Shown one piece after another: positions 45,574 to 56,586 of a stretch of DNA of 64,000 bases. Each line of letters begins with the position of its first letter. The first letter of the stretch is position 1. Source of the DNA: an uncultured Gammaproteobacteria bacterium (GTDB lineage: Bacteria > Pseudomonadota > Gammaproteobacteria > JAURND01). Below the pieces are notes generated by a model, which had not been told where the DNA came from, made no database searches, and saw nothing but the letters and a program-made list of their open reading frames with translations. Location: positions 543,914 through 607,913 of the forward strand of contig CAWFAS010000003.1 in assembly GCA_963813895.1 (NCBI GenBank), written 5' to 3'. A program made the position numbers and the translations under genes.

Positions 45574-47604
45574 TTAAGCGGCTTTAGCCAAACAGACATA
45601 ATCCTGTCGCATCATACGCAGAATATTGTCTAAATCAGCGGGGATATCTATGTCATCCTGATGTGGCAAAGGCATTCGCAGTTTATGGAGATTCCCACCG
45701 GCAATTAGGCAAAATGCTTGGCCTTTGGGCAGATTTAGTACATCATTTTGTTCAATCAGCCGCTGTTCATTATGAGCAAAACGATCTTCGTTAGATGAGT
45801 GATAGAAAATCCCGTCCTCACCCTGTGCAGTGTCACTACTACTGGAAGCCGGTAAAACTCGTACAATCGGAACTCTGGGTAATTGCTCCAACAGCATCTC
45901 TACCGTGCGGGCCTCTTTGCAGCGGAACATCACCACGGTGCCAAAATTCCCAGCGACTTGACCCGCTTTGGCAGCGGTCTTGAGGCGCGCTTCTACATCA
46001 GACCATGTTTGTGTGTAGGCGATTACGGTAAAACCAGCGCCGCGGCCTTTATTCAGCAAGGGGATAAATTCATCGCCGATGATTTCGTTAAATTCGTCGC
46101 TGTGTACGCAAATGCGTGGGAGATTGTGATTTTGTGTCGCGGATTGATAGAAACCGTCGTACAGGCCATATTTATATATGCGACCTGCCACAGAAACCAA
46201 ATCGGAAAACATGGCGTTGCCTACGGCGGTTGACACTTCCCGGTCAGTCAATGCATCCAGCCCCACGTAGACAATTTGCTTATTACGAATAACCTGTAAC
46301 CAATCCAGTATAGGGCGCTGGTCTTCTGTGTTTTCGTAATCGGGAGATAATAATTCCGCAACTTTACCTGTGGTGAGTTTCTTTAGCAGCGGGCCTAATG
46401 ATGCAGTAATTTTACTGAAATACTCTTTGTCGTATTTACAAGCGTTATGTAAATCATCAAACACTGGATTGTGGAGTAATTCATGGTTTTGTACATAAGC
46501 AATTAAAGCCTCCAAGCGAGCAACCTGTTTTTTTTCTGTACTTTTTTCCGCCATATAGGACTTCACCCATTGTTCTAGCTCTTTATCAATGGAGGGCAAC
46601 CAAAAGTTCAAGTATTTTTCTAGCAGTAAATCCATTTTGGTGATGTAAAATTTCATCTTCTGGTAGTCGGGTTTTTCGCCCATCGACACCAGGGCTAATG
46701 CCATTGAATTGATAAACTGCCAGCCGAAATCTTTAAAAGCTGCGGAATCTCCAGAGCTGGGTAATTGATTGGAAATGCGGTTAGCCACCTCAGTAACACG
46801 GGTGAAATTACCGACGGGATTGTAGCGCGCAGAGATTTGCGGATGCCCTAAATGAATGATAAGTAAATCCTGTTCACGCCCGACTAATTTAGCTTCAGTA
46901 TAAATACGTTTAAGTAAATCAGCATCGCCTTTTGGATCAAGGACAATGACTACATCACCGCGTCGGATATCTTGGGTGATAAGTATTTCGGCAAAGCGAG
47001 TTTTTCCCATGCCTGGTAATCCAACTACCACCATGTGGCTTGCGCGGTCGGCAAGATTAATTGCAATGTCTCCTTCTTTTTCTGAGACTCCATGCAGACA
47101 AGGCTGACCACCGATGTCAGGATAAGGTTTGAAGGGATTCCAGGGGGCATCTTTTGCCAGGCATTTTGCCAATGCTTTGTATAAAGGCTTGTACTCCCAT
47201 TGTAGTTCTTTTCGTCGCGCCCATTGTTTCAGGTTTGAGGGGTTTTTATAGTGGAGATTGTATTGGAGATCCAAGTCACGCAGACGTTGAGTGTGGGTTG
47301 TAGTCCATAGAAATCCCTTGCCTAAAAATAGTTTGCGATCACTGGCTGGAATTTGTTGAGAGTTGATACGGTATGTTGGCATACGCTTCAGATTGCACTG
47401 GTAGCGGAAGACGCGATAGCCTTGCCTTACGCGTATCAGGCTGATGGCAAGCAGAAGAATGGCAGTGGCATATTCCAGGGCATGAGGCATTAAAAAGGCT
47501 TCAGGCCAAGCCAGAAGTAATAAGGCACCTGTGCTGGCTGCCAATGCGCTGTACCACTCCAACGGTGGGCGCAGTAAACCCTCCAGAGGTTTTTGCATCG
47601 ACAT
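45574..47604 (-). CDS. traD: type IV coupling protein (TraD/VirD4 family)
   Basis: Two N-terminal TM helices. Walker A VVGLPGMGKT. Walker B-like hydrophobic run ...IVYVGLDALTD. Typical T4CP size. Confidence 0.85.
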   Translation of the reverse strand: MSMQKPLEGLLRPPLEWYSALAASTGALLLLAWPEAFLMPHALEYATAILLLAISLIRVRQGYRVFRYQCNLKRMPTYRINSQQIPASDRKLFLGKGFLWTTTHTQRLRDLDLQYNLHYKNPSNLKQWARRKELQWEYKPLYKALAKCLAKDAPWNPFKPYPDIGGQPCLHGVSEKEGDIAINLADRASHMVVVGLPGMGKTRFAEILITQDIRRGDVVIVLDPKGDADLLKRIYTEAKLVGREQDLLIIHLGHPQISARYNPVGNFTRVTEVANRISNQLPSSGDSAAFKDFGWQFINSMALALVSMGEKPDYQKMKFYITKMDLLLEKYLNFWLPSIDKELEQWVKSYMAEKSTEKKQVARLEALIAYVQNHELLHNPVFDDLHNACKYDKEYFSKITASLGPLLKKLTTGKVAELLSPDYENTEDQRPILDWLQVIRNKQIVYVGLDALTDREVSTAVGNAMFSDLVSVAGRIYKYGLYDGFYQSATQNHNLPRICVHSDEFNEIIGDEFIPLLNKGRGAGFTVIAYTQTWSDVEARLKTAAKAGQVAGNFGTVVMFRCKEARTVEMLLEQLPRVPIVRVLPASSSSDTAQGEDGIFYHSSNEDRFAHNEQRLIEQNDVLNLPKGQAFCLIAGGNLHKLRMPLPHQDDIDIPADLDNILRMMRQDYVCLAKAA

Positions 47605-47972
47605 TAGTGTCCCTCTAACAGGTGCAGGAGTATTAAAAACAGGTTTTCACAGACGACTAACTCAAATATAATCAGCCAGAGCGTGATTTTTATTCGTTGC
47701 TTTAACCAAAACATGGTTTTTTCAGGTTTCCAATAATGATTTTTAGCCCACCAGCGTATAAAGTGAGGCCAGGCACAAAATAGGACTATTATTATCAGCC
47801 AGCGCATGGCGGTGAAAAATAATTTATTTTGTGAAATAATTCGACTCACGCTCTGCAAGTGGTTGGGGTGAGCGAAATTAAGCCAGACAAATGGCGTCAT
47901 GATAAGAAGCATGAATGCAAGCCATAGTATCAGCTGCAGAAAGGTTTTTTTTAAATGTTTTAATAAAAGCAT
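47604..47972 (-). CDS. small polytopic membrane protein
   Basis: 122 aa, 3-4 hydrophobic helices. Stop overlaps the traD start (ATGA). Confidence 0.45.
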   Translation of the reverse strand: MLLLKHLKKTFLQLILWLAFMLLIMTPFVWLNFAHPNHLQSVSRIISQNKLFFTAMRWLIIIVLFCAWPHFIRWWAKNHYWKPEKTMFWLKQRIKITLWLIIFELVVCENLFLILLHLLEGH

Positions 47973-48196
47973 TTTTTCCTCAAAAAGGATTTAGTTATGA
48001 AAAATAAAGTTATTAGAAAAAATCGTTCACCGGCTTTAAAAGCCGTACTATTTTTAATAAAAATCCCATTACTTATCCTCGGAGCAACTGCTACAGCTCA
48101 TTCAGATGAAGAAGAGCAATCAAATGTAGTAGAGGATTTATATTCACAAAAACCAAGTCTTTTTGATCCTCGATCTCCTAAACATTGAGTGAAATT

Positions 48197-49690
48197 TTAT
48201 ATTTTTTCAGCTAATTTTTTTGCCCCTTCCTTGATTAATTTAGCGCCAACTTTAGCCGAATCTTCAGAAACACTATTCAGCTTATTAAAGGCTAAGGTGA
48301 CAACATCGCCAACTGCAACGCCCATGCTTGCCATAAAACTAAACCAAAACAACGGTGCAACAATAATTAGCGTACCCGTAATCATATCTACTAATGTTGC
48401 ATTGGGAGATTGATGTGAAAACCAGCTATTGCCATACAATGCATTCATCAAAGTGGTATCCGTCCAACTCACTAAATGCCAAATAAAACTCCAGAAAATC
48501 AGCGAGAAGATAATCACTGCGCCCGAAATAAAACTCCCTGGTTTATATCCTGTAAATACCAAAGCCAGTGGTAAAAATGCATAGACCATCAATAACAATA
48601 ATGCCTGTATAATTGGCGCAGCTTGCGCCGCCGCATATAATTTTGGGTAAGTATCCAATTGCTGAAACCATTCGCCCAACCCAGCTGCCAAATTCGAATA
48701 TCCATTATCCCCCACCGTTTCATTGGCCTTGTCATAACCGGTATTGTTAAAAATAATTTCCTTCAACAAATCATCTTTAGTTCGTTCATCTTTTAATTGG
48801 GCAAACTCACTAAAATAGCTAGTCGGCATAACCTTTTCCAGGCGGTTTTTTAAACCATTTTGTGAATCATTCCACCATTGGTCACAGGTGGGGGTTCCAT
48901 AGGCGGGTGGATTATCTTCATTTGTGTCTGCATTAATGTCCTGGCTAGATTCATAAATAAAACCCTTCACAGGTTGTGCTGCTTTTAAATTTTGGTAATA
49001 CGTTTGAGAAAACCCATGCGAACCGGCCCATTCGGTATCATCGCTGCCGTATTCGGATTGGTTAGAGTTAATGACAGGAATAGTTGCAGCGTTAGTGTGA
49101 CTATCTGCCAAATATTGTGTACGTGCCGGTACAAAACAATCCTGTTCGAACTGGGCTACTTCTTGTTTGAGTTCTGGATCAGTGATTCTCGCCATATTGG
49201 CTTGCGTGACCATACTCCTTAAATCGGGTACGCATGAGACCATGGTATTGGCACCGGAAGTGATTCCTTCGGACAGAGCCATCACTGCATACCACCAAAT
49301 AGGGACGCGCGTTTCCGTGGTTGGCAGGGTAAATGCTGAATCGTAGGTAGTCCCGGTATTACCTGGATGTACTGTATTGTTTTGCCCATCTACGGGACAC
49401 AGCGGCGTATAGGAAACGATAGATGGGTCTAATAAAAATGCCGGTGATACGCCAAAAAAGATAAACAATAGCGTTCCAATAAAATCCACTTCCATACGCC
49501 GCAGTGATGTACTGCCCGCATCTTTAGTTTCCTGCGAAGTATAGGGTTGTGCCATATTCCTCAGCACGATACCGATAAACGGTAGATAGGCTAAACCGGA
49601 TTGTGATAATAAATCCCATATCTGATCATAGAGGTTCCAGCCCAGCAACATAGTATAAAGTTCAGGGTAAGATTGAACGCCAATACTCAT
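48197..49690 (-). CDS. TraG-N-terminal-like polytopic membrane protein (position of PFL_4711-family ICE protein)
   Basis: 497 aa. Several TM helices at both ends around a large periplasmic domain. Assigned by architecture and gene order. Confidence 0.55.
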   Translation of the reverse strand: MSIGVQSYPELYTMLLGWNLYDQIWDLLSQSGLAYLPFIGIVLRNMAQPYTSQETKDAGSTSLRRMEVDFIGTLLFIFFGVSPAFLLDPSIVSYTPLCPVDGQNNTVHPGNTGTTYDSAFTLPTTETRVPIWWYAVMALSEGITSGANTMVSCVPDLRSMVTQANMARITDPELKQEVAQFEQDCFVPARTQYLADSHTNAATIPVINSNQSEYGSDDTEWAGSHGFSQTYYQNLKAAQPVKGFIYESSQDINADTNEDNPPAYGTPTCDQWWNDSQNGLKNRLEKVMPTSYFSEFAQLKDERTKDDLLKEIIFNNTGYDKANETVGDNGYSNLAAGLGEWFQQLDTYPKLYAAAQAAPIIQALLLLMVYAFLPLALVFTGYKPGSFISGAVIIFSLIFWSFIWHLVSWTDTTLMNALYGNSWFSHQSPNATLVDMITGTLIIVAPLFWFSFMASMGVAVGDVVTLAFNKLNSVSEDSAKVGAKLIKEGAKKLAEKI

Positions 49691-51129
49691 TTTTTGGCTC
49701 CTGGTGTGCTCGGAATAGCCCCATTTTCCATTACAGATTGTGGCTGGTTCACTTTGCTGACATCAAAGGCTTGCTGTTGTTGCGAATTGGCGTAATTAAC
49801 AATATTGGATAATGTATCCGACATCATTTGCCTGCGTACTTGAGCTGAGAATGTAATCGATTGGATATTTTTATCCAGTTGCACTATCGATTGATGCAAC
49901 AATTTTTGCGCTGGTTCATTGGTGGCAATCACCGGTACTTGACTGCCAGTCTGCAAAAGGTCACGGGCGGTCAAGGCTTTATCCATCAGACGTTGGGCTG
50001 CAACTTCCTGCGCTAGCTTGTTGATAAAAATTCCCTGTTGGCTGGGATCCATCCCTTTCAATGTCGTAATGATCTGAGGGCTGACAACTAAGTTGTCGGC
50101 AGAAACCGCCATTAAATTATCTTTAGTTGCGGCGCTGGTCCCTGTTACTAAATTTTGCAATTTGCTGCGTAGCGTATCGACACAGTCATTATTATTTTGC
50201 GCATTACAAACTGTAGCCCAGGGTAATAAACCCCTTCCCGCTACGCCGCCTTGAGCACTTTTGCAGCTGGTTGCATTGCAGGTGGTGACTACCTGGTCGC
50301 CCAACACATTAGTAATCCAGTTCACAGCATCCTGGGGTGAAGCAAATTGGTTAGCTAAACCACTATTGCTGGGTGCTGCTGCATCCGAGGTTAAATCACG
50401 ATTCAGCATGGCGTTAAAGCCAGCTTTCACTGTATCGGCAATGACATGAATGGGAGGTTGAGATTGGCCACCTGCGCGTAACGTACCGTCGCTAGTGCTT
50501 TTTCCTTGTACCCAGGCAACCCCATCATCACCTGCATGTTCGGTAATATCGGAATTTGCCGTGTTAATATCTTCATCGCCAATGGCGGTGAGTGATAAAT
50601 GTTCTTTCCACATATCACCTACAGAAATCGTGCCCCAATCTTGATACGGATTTTTGCCTTGAGCGATTTGATTTTTAACAGCCTGACAGGATTTTAATGA
50701 GGCATCGATTTGGGTGTGCGCACTGACCAGGGCATTATTCAGCAGGTTATATAATGTAGGGTTGGCTTGAGCTAAAAAATACATCGGCATTTCGGTGATA
50801 CTACCGGTGGCATTACTAATCAGGCTTTGCTCTAAATTATTCACACTATCCTGTAAATTATTTAATGTATTTTGTATCGACACAGCCGGATTGAACATCC
50901 CGCATTGATTACCCAGCCCTAAATCAGCGCCAGCCAATAAATTAATGGTTGAGGTATCTTGCACGGGCGGTAACGCATAGTCGCTCCCACCACCGATCTT
51001 ATAATACAATGCATTATTATTGTTGCCAGTTGGGATAATGGGTGAAGCGAAAATACTTGTTGTTAAAGACAAACATAAACCCAAGAGTATTTGCTTTTTG
51101 TATTGTTTATAAATGTTTATAGCCATCAA
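49687..51129 (-). CDS. secreted ICE mating-pair protein (TraH-like / PFL_4710-family position)
   Basis: Signal peptide. 480 aa. Overlapping stop/start with its neighbours. Confidence 0.45.
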   Translation of the reverse strand: MMAINIYKQYKKQILLGLCLSLTTSIFASPIIPTGNNNNALYYKIGGGSDYALPPVQDTSTINLLAGADLGLGNQCGMFNPAVSIQNTLNNLQDSVNNLEQSLISNATGSITEMPMYFLAQANPTLYNLLNNALVSAHTQIDASLKSCQAVKNQIAQGKNPYQDWGTISVGDMWKEHLSLTAIGDEDINTANSDITEHAGDDGVAWVQGKSTSDGTLRAGGQSQPPIHVIADTVKAGFNAMLNRDLTSDAAAPSNSGLANQFASPQDAVNWITNVLGDQVVTTCNATSCKSAQGGVAGRGLLPWATVCNAQNNNDCVDTLRSKLQNLVTGTSAATKDNLMAVSADNLVVSPQIITTLKGMDPSQQGIFINKLAQEVAAQRLMDKALTARDLLQTGSQVPVIATNEPAQKLLHQSIVQLDKNIQSITFSAQVRRQMMSDTLSNIVNYANSQQQQAFDVSKVNQPQSVMENGAIPSTPGAKK

Positions 51130-52115
51130 TTATTTTCTCCTTTCATCACGGTCTTACCGATATATTTTCCTTCGCCAGGAATGCAACCTTGATAGTGTCG
51201 CCACAAAATCCAGACATATCCGCCATTCGTGTTTTGTTCAAAATTTTCACCATAGCTATTGGATTTACCAAATACTTGGCAACTGGTTTGCTGGATGGGA
51301 TATATCAGCTGAAATTGGGTGTTGTCACTGTCTTCGGAAATGACTGCTGCATCACATTCTTGACCGCAGTGCGTGGATAAAGATTGATAGACATGTGCCC
51401 AAGAATTTGATGCGGTGAGTAAGTTACTTGCGCGCTGGGCAATCACAGCAGCGGCTTTGGCATCGTTGGTGGTTTCAACTTTGCCTTCAAACGGAAAAGC
51501 GCCACCCCAGTTAATTGCACTGCCATTGCTACCTACGTAATGAGTGATATCTTCGATGACAGCATCTGCTTGTTCTGGCTCTGCCTGCGGGGAAAAACCG
51601 CGCCACAGTGCACTATCCAGCATCGATTGAAAATAAGGTTTTAGCGGTGTAGCGCTAGAGGGTAATAACATAGGAGTGCTGGGTAATACGGTTAAGGCTG
51701 GATTGCCGATAATATCAACTTCTTTAAAATACACATTTTGCTGCAGCGGATTTTCAAACCCATGTTGACCGCCACCGGCTTTGGTGTGCGCCAGGGCACT
51801 GATGATTTCTTTTTCTGCGATTACACCTGCTTGGTCTAGCGTTTCATTGATCTCAAACCAAGGATTACCACCATTTTTATCGGTAGGCGGATTAAAACTA
51901 CTAACCACCACATCGGGTAGGAAATGCGCGATATACGGTGTAGTCATTGTGACACCCGCATCGGTGAGCCAATAACAGACGCCTTTTATTTGATAATGTA
52001 GACATTGCGGTAATGCGGCCAAAGTGCTTTCCGTGATTGAGACACTGTTGATACTGCCAGCCAGTGTGGTTAAAGAATATAATGCGAAAAAAGGTAACCA
52101 GAGCAATTTAGACAT
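51126..52115 (-). CDS. secreted ICE mating-pair protein (TraU-like / PFL_4709-family position)
   Basis: Signal peptide. Conserved Cys pair (CLHYQIKGVCYWL). 329 aa. Confidence 0.45.
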   Translation of the reverse strand: MSKLLWLPFFALYSLTTLAGSINSVSITESTLAALPQCLHYQIKGVCYWLTDAGVTMTTPYIAHFLPDVVVSSFNPPTDKNGGNPWFEINETLDQAGVIAEKEIISALAHTKAGGGQHGFENPLQQNVYFKEVDIIGNPALTVLPSTPMLLPSSATPLKPYFQSMLDSALWRGFSPQAEPEQADAVIEDITHYVGSNGSAINWGGAFPFEGKVETTNDAKAAAVIAQRASNLLTASNSWAHVYQSLSTHCGQECDAAVISEDSDNTQFQLIYPIQQTSCQVFGKSNSYGENFEQNTNGGYVWILWRHYQGCIPGEGKYIGKTVMKGENN

Positions 52116-54885
52116 CGCTATATTCCTCCATCGCTCGCAACATCCGTTGTTCAGCTAGATACTGAATCACTTGCAGTTCGGATAAATTTAACTGCTGCAT
52201 CAATTGTCGACGTTGGTGTTTTTCATATTGTTCGGTGGCTGCCATAGCTAGATAAAGCGCAGGCGGTACATTACGAAATAGTCCTTGGATTTTTGGGCTT
52301 AATAATACGCCTTCGGTATATTTGCCTTTTTCTTTGCGCGCGGATAGAAACAAGGTGCCTTGTTCTGCGCTCAAAACTTTAAAACGCTCTATCTGATCAA
52401 TTTCATCGGGAGGGACAGCCAAACACATCCAGGTTTCAAACATCGGCAACATTTTGCGCGCTTCTTCGGCAAAGTCCCTGACGTTTTGCGTAGCAATCCA
52501 GATCCACCAACCTAGTTTGCGGCCCATTTTGGTTCCACGTGTTTCTATGGCGGCTAATAAGGGTAATTTACTGAATATATGGTTCTCATCAAGCACTGAA
52601 ATTAGTGGGCGGTTGCTGTATTGATTGGCTTCAGCCAGGGTCTGAATTTTGCCGAACACACCACAAAAAGCGATGGAGCGCTGCGCCTCATAACCTTCTT
52701 GCGCAAATAACCCAAAATCAACAACAGTGATATCAGCGGTGGGCCAGGGATTGCCGGGGGTATTAAAAAATTCGCTAGAGACAGGATCCCGGATAAAATA
52801 ACGCAGACTGTCTGCCATCTCCCGTCCGCGGCGAATCTTGTCGGCATCGCGCTCTGGATTGAGCTCCAAAATTAACCGTTCAAAAGCAGCGACAATATCT
52901 GAGGCGATCATTTGCGGTCGTCCAGCGGCTTTGACGGTTTCGGCAGCAAGAATGATTGCATCCATAATTAACATTCGATCACTGCGTCTGATGCGGTCTT
53001 CTTCTTTTTTTTCACCACCAGTAATCATGACCAGTGCGGCTAATACCATGTCGCCCAATATGTCGCGGCTATCGTCATCGATTTCGTTGTTTTCCGGCTG
53101 AGTATTTTTTTCTAATTCTTTGGCGATTCTTGCATCCGCTTTCGCTAGCCATTGCTCACGTTGTGTTTTTTCCAATGTAGCAATCTGGTCTAATACTTTT
53201 AATCCTTCGGCAAAAGGGTTGAGGGGTACTGGGTTCTTGGGATCAATTTTGATTTTGTGTACTTGCAAGCCCAGGCTTTGGCAATAATCCGCCAGCAAAT
53301 CAAAAGAACCGCCGGCATCAATGATAAAAAAGCGTGGATTATAAAGCGCCAAATTATGCATGATGAGGTAATTTAGCGTGTTGGATTTACCCGTGCCGGT
53401 TTCACCTAGAAGTAAAAAATGTGCATTCTTGGTTCGATCTTGCAGAATGTCATAAAACCACGGCTCGCCACCACGGTTGAACATCAACATGCCAGGGTTT
53501 TCGCTGCCGCGGCTTCTGCCATACACCGGTAATAATTTGGCGATATCGCTTAATAGTAAATAACGCGAACGATAAGTGTTTTTCTTATCGAAATGAAAAT
53601 CATAGCCCATAGGTAGGTAACGTAAGTAAGCATCTACCGGATAGAGTTCATCGTCAGTAATGACTTTAAAGCCGTTGCTGTTGAGTAATACTTCCGTATG
53701 CGCTTCACGCTCATGCAACTGATCAACAGTTTCGCCTTGGATGTAAACGGCCATCACTGTGGGTAACAGATAATCACCATTAGCAATAGCTTGCTCGGCC
53801 TCTTCTATTTCACCTTTAACTTTCATCGCCAGGGCATGTCTGCCGACGGCGCTATCATGGATCAGCTTTAAATGCAGCTCCACTTCGCTTTGAGCCTGGA
53901 ACACAATGCTGAGGGAAAATACGCTACCCTCTGGCAAGTGATCAATGAGATTGAAAACTTTGTCATCGGTGCCTCTTTTGCGTTCTGCGGTTAAATGGCC
54001 AATGGCAGGTTCGCTGCTTAAATTTTGGATGGTGATGACTTTGTGAGGGCGGTTATCAAACTGCCACCCTTCTTCAAAAGATTCAGGGGCAGAAAAAAAC
54101 AGTTGTTCTGACAGATCCCAGCCGAAGGGTTTTTCTTTATCTTTAGGAAATTCGATCTGTGATAATAATTTGGTTACATTACCTGCCGTTTGTTTGGGGC
54201 ATGGGTTAAACCAAGGCATTAACCAGCGATAAAAAGCTTCACCCGTCAATCGCTTTACACCTAATCCGCAGGCGCGCCATTGTTCGGCGAGTTTGCGCGA
54301 TATGTTCTGAATAGCCTCCAAACCACTGCGGCGTTGATTTTTATCATGGGTAGTATCATTGCGACGATACAGGACGGCATAAACTTTTAGGATCCCACCA
54401 CGGAAAATTTGTTGTGTTACCTGCTGGTCGAAAAACACACCACCGGGGCGGGTGACATAATCAATATGTTTTTGTAGTGTTTCTAAATGGGCCTGTACTA
54501 AGGGTTCCGTGTGTCGCTCCGCGGGAATAGCTTGTTTTATTTTTTCTATGACGGGTGATAAGTCTTGTTCCCGTTGTACGAAGAGTTGCAATATCCAAGG
54601 ATTGGTTTTTTCGCAGGGAATGGCATTTTGCAATGCATCTTGTAATGATTTTGCAATGGCTTCCATCATGGCTTGCGGGCGCGCTTCGCAGGCTATGGGT
54701 GTGATGCGGAAACAGACCGCCAAGCTTTGGTTATCTTCCAGTAAAAAGACTTTGTGCCTTTCATTATAATCACGCCACGGCAGGTAACTCGCGATGGACG
54801 GTCGTTTTTGATAGCCACGTGCAATATCGCTGTTTTTAATAACAGGTGGTGTTGCTATGGATTTTTTACCCCAAAGTCCCATCAT
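52108..54885 (-). CDS. traC: TraC/VirB4-like T4SS ATPase (GI-type, PFL_4706-family)
   Basis: 925 aa. Walker A LLLGETGTGKSN. Walker B-like DE box region (RPLISVLDENHIF). Confidence 0.85.
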   Translation of the reverse strand: MMGLWGKKSIATPPVIKNSDIARGYQKRPSIASYLPWRDYNERHKVFLLEDNQSLAVCFRITPIACEARPQAMMEAIAKSLQDALQNAIPCEKTNPWILQLFVQREQDLSPVIEKIKQAIPAERHTEPLVQAHLETLQKHIDYVTRPGGVFFDQQVTQQIFRGGILKVYAVLYRRNDTTHDKNQRRSGLEAIQNISRKLAEQWRACGLGVKRLTGEAFYRWLMPWFNPCPKQTAGNVTKLLSQIEFPKDKEKPFGWDLSEQLFFSAPESFEEGWQFDNRPHKVITIQNLSSEPAIGHLTAERKRGTDDKVFNLIDHLPEGSVFSLSIVFQAQSEVELHLKLIHDSAVGRHALAMKVKGEIEEAEQAIANGDYLLPTVMAVYIQGETVDQLHEREAHTEVLLNSNGFKVITDDELYPVDAYLRYLPMGYDFHFDKKNTYRSRYLLLSDIAKLLPVYGRSRGSENPGMLMFNRGGEPWFYDILQDRTKNAHFLLLGETGTGKSNTLNYLIMHNLALYNPRFFIIDAGGSFDLLADYCQSLGLQVHKIKIDPKNPVPLNPFAEGLKVLDQIATLEKTQREQWLAKADARIAKELEKNTQPENNEIDDDSRDILGDMVLAALVMITGGEKKEEDRIRRSDRMLIMDAIILAAETVKAAGRPQMIASDIVAAFERLILELNPERDADKIRRGREMADSLRYFIRDPVSSEFFNTPGNPWPTADITVVDFGLFAQEGYEAQRSIAFCGVFGKIQTLAEANQYSNRPLISVLDENHIFSKLPLLAAIETRGTKMGRKLGWWIWIATQNVRDFAEEARKMLPMFETWMCLAVPPDEIDQIERFKVLSAEQGTLFLSARKEKGKYTEGVLLSPKIQGLFRNVPPALYLAMAATEQYEKHQRRQLMQQLNLSELQVIQYLAEQRMLRAMEEYSDV

Positions 54886-55325
54886 GATGATTCTCTTGCA
54901 GTTTCCTGTGGTAATGCGTAGTGGTCGCGGGGGTAAGCGTTAAATACTGTGCTATACCCGGGAATCGGAATTTCAGATTCGCCCGCCAGGTGTGGGTAGA
55001 CGTACATTTTCAATTCTGGGTTGGGCAGTTTTTGAAAAATATTGTCACTCACCTGGGTTTTAGTTTTTCGCGTAGATGGCCTAGTTTGTGCTTTAGCCGT
55101 ACTACGAATATCGGGTAACGCGTCTTCACCGCTGCTATTTGAGCTATCAATCACAGCGGTGGATGTAGCAGTCAACGGAGTATTTGCTTTCGGTTGTGCC
55201 ACGCCCATGCTGTCATACACCTGCTCCATAGTAGGTCCAGTTTGCGGCACCACATTGCCACGCATACTGCTGCAACCGACCAGGTTAATCGAGGCGGTGA
55301 GAAACGTTAGAATCAAAAGGATGCG
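54882..55325 (-). CDS. T4SS lipoprotein (TraV-like)
   Basis: Lipobox INLVGCSS after a hydrophobic signal. The internal Met at 55325 is the likely start. Confidence 0.5.
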   Translation of the reverse strand, partial: RILLILTFLTASINLVGCSSMRGNVVPQTGPTMEQVYDSMGVAQPKANTPLTATSTAVIDSSNSSGEDALPDIRSTAKAQTRPSTRKTKTQVSDNIFQKLPNPELKMYVYPHLAGESEIPIPGYSTVFNAYPRDHYALPQETARESS

Positions 55326-56586
55326 CATAAACAATTTTTCTCCCTTCAGGGTCATAATCAATTTGAATTTGTTTGGCAAAATTCACGACAATCATTTGTG
55401 GCGTGCCATCGGTTTTCACTGTGGGCACAAACACCGCATCAAAACTATTTTCCTCACGGTCATGCCACCATTGCTGAACTTGGCCAGCAGCATTACTCAT
55501 CGCTTGACCGGCCACATAAGCCCCTGGAGATCCCGTGACGCTGGAAGTGTTAGTACCAACAATCGTGCTTTGCGAACTAGTCTGGGATTGGGCATAGGCA
55601 TTGGCGGCTCCTTGAGCCGCCCCGAGTGCGATATTGATGCCTAAATAGGTCGGTGCATTGGTGATGAGTTTGCCGCGAATCGCTGGATTACCGCGTTCGT
55701 CTGATAAATAGCCTAAGGCGTTATTTTTGCTGTAATGGCCGATATCATTATCGTTGGAGCTGGTGGTGGAAATAGTGCCGTCAGCAAATACAAATGTGAG
55801 TGATGTCACCCATCCGCGGGTGCTTTCTAAATTCAGATCGCCTTCGGTGTAGCCGCTGACGATCATTTGTCTTAAGTTCGGCACACGCAAACCGTTAGCA
55901 GCTAACGTATTATCGGAAAATACAATTTTGAATGGATACGGATCTGTCACGACCCCTTTCACAGGAATTCTACCCACCAACGGTGTCATTAGGCGGTCTT
56001 CTACAGCGGTCGCATTGGGTGGGATGGTATAAAAAGGTATGGGTGGGGGTTTTTTATTATTGACTGCTTCAGCATTATTTTTTTCCTTTTCTTGCGCACG
56101 TCGAGCTTGTTCTTTAGGGTCGGTTAAGGTGTCTGCTAATTCCGGTATGGTGGTAATGGGTTGCGGCACATTGTCTGAATTAACCGGATAATTGACACTA
56201 TTTATGGGTTTAATTTTTTGCACTTGGTCTTTGAGTTCAGCCACTTGCTGAGATAAATCGCCAGTTGTTTTATCTTTTTTGCCTTGCAGCTTCGCCAATA
56301 ATTGCTGATTCTGTTGTAGGGTTTCATTGTTTTTGACTACGGAGTTGACCTGTTGTTGTGTTGCCGATAATTGTGCCGTTAGGGTATCTAACGATTCAGC
56401 CGCACTGTCTTGTGATGCAGTGTTTTTTGCATTTTTAGGCGTTGTGATTAATGGAACCGATTTTTTATCGTGATGGCTGACCGAGAAGAAAGCCACTACC
56501 AATAACAAGACAATGATGGGTGCAGCAAATTTTAATAACCCGTTAGTTTTATGCGCTGCCATGACAGACTCCCAACACATCACCAA
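55285..56586 (-). CDS. VirB10/TraB-like bitopic protein (N-terminal TM, coiled coil, Pro-rich linker, C-terminal beta domain)
   Basis: Architecture only: TM helix, QQ-rich coiled coil, KKPPPIPFYTIPP, beta-rich C-terminus. Confidence 0.45.
   Translation of the reverse strand: MVMCWESVMAAHKTNGLLKFAAPIIVLLLVVAFFSVSHHDKKSVPLITTPKNAKNTASQDSAAESLDTLTAQLSATQQQVNSVVKNNETLQQNQQLLAKLQGKKDKTTGDLSQQVAELKDQVQKIKPINSVNYPVNSDNVPQPITTIPELADTLTDPKEQARRAQEKEKNNAEAVNNKKPPPIPFYTIPPNATAVEDRLMTPLVGRIPVKGVVTDPYPFKIVFSDNTLAANGLRVPNLRQMIVSGYTEGDLNLESTRGWVTSLTFVFADGTISTTSSNDNDIGHYSKNNALGYLSDERGNPAIRGKLITNAPTYLGINIALGAAQGAANAYAQSQTSSQSTIVGTNTSSVTGSPGAYVAGQAMSNAAGQVQQWWHDREENSFDAVFVPTVKTDGTPQMIVVNFAKQIQIDYDPEGRKIVYAHPFDSNVSHRLD

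Noticed and set aside
47997-48188. 63-aa plus-strand ORF between traD-side membrane protein and TraG-like gene
   Set aside because: Opposite strand to a tightly packed operon, no RBS. Probably the intergenic region that holds a promoter for the downstream minus-strand genes.
52602-53101. 81-aa and 87-aa ORFs
   Set aside because: Embedded antisense or out-of-frame within the TraC/VirB4 gene.
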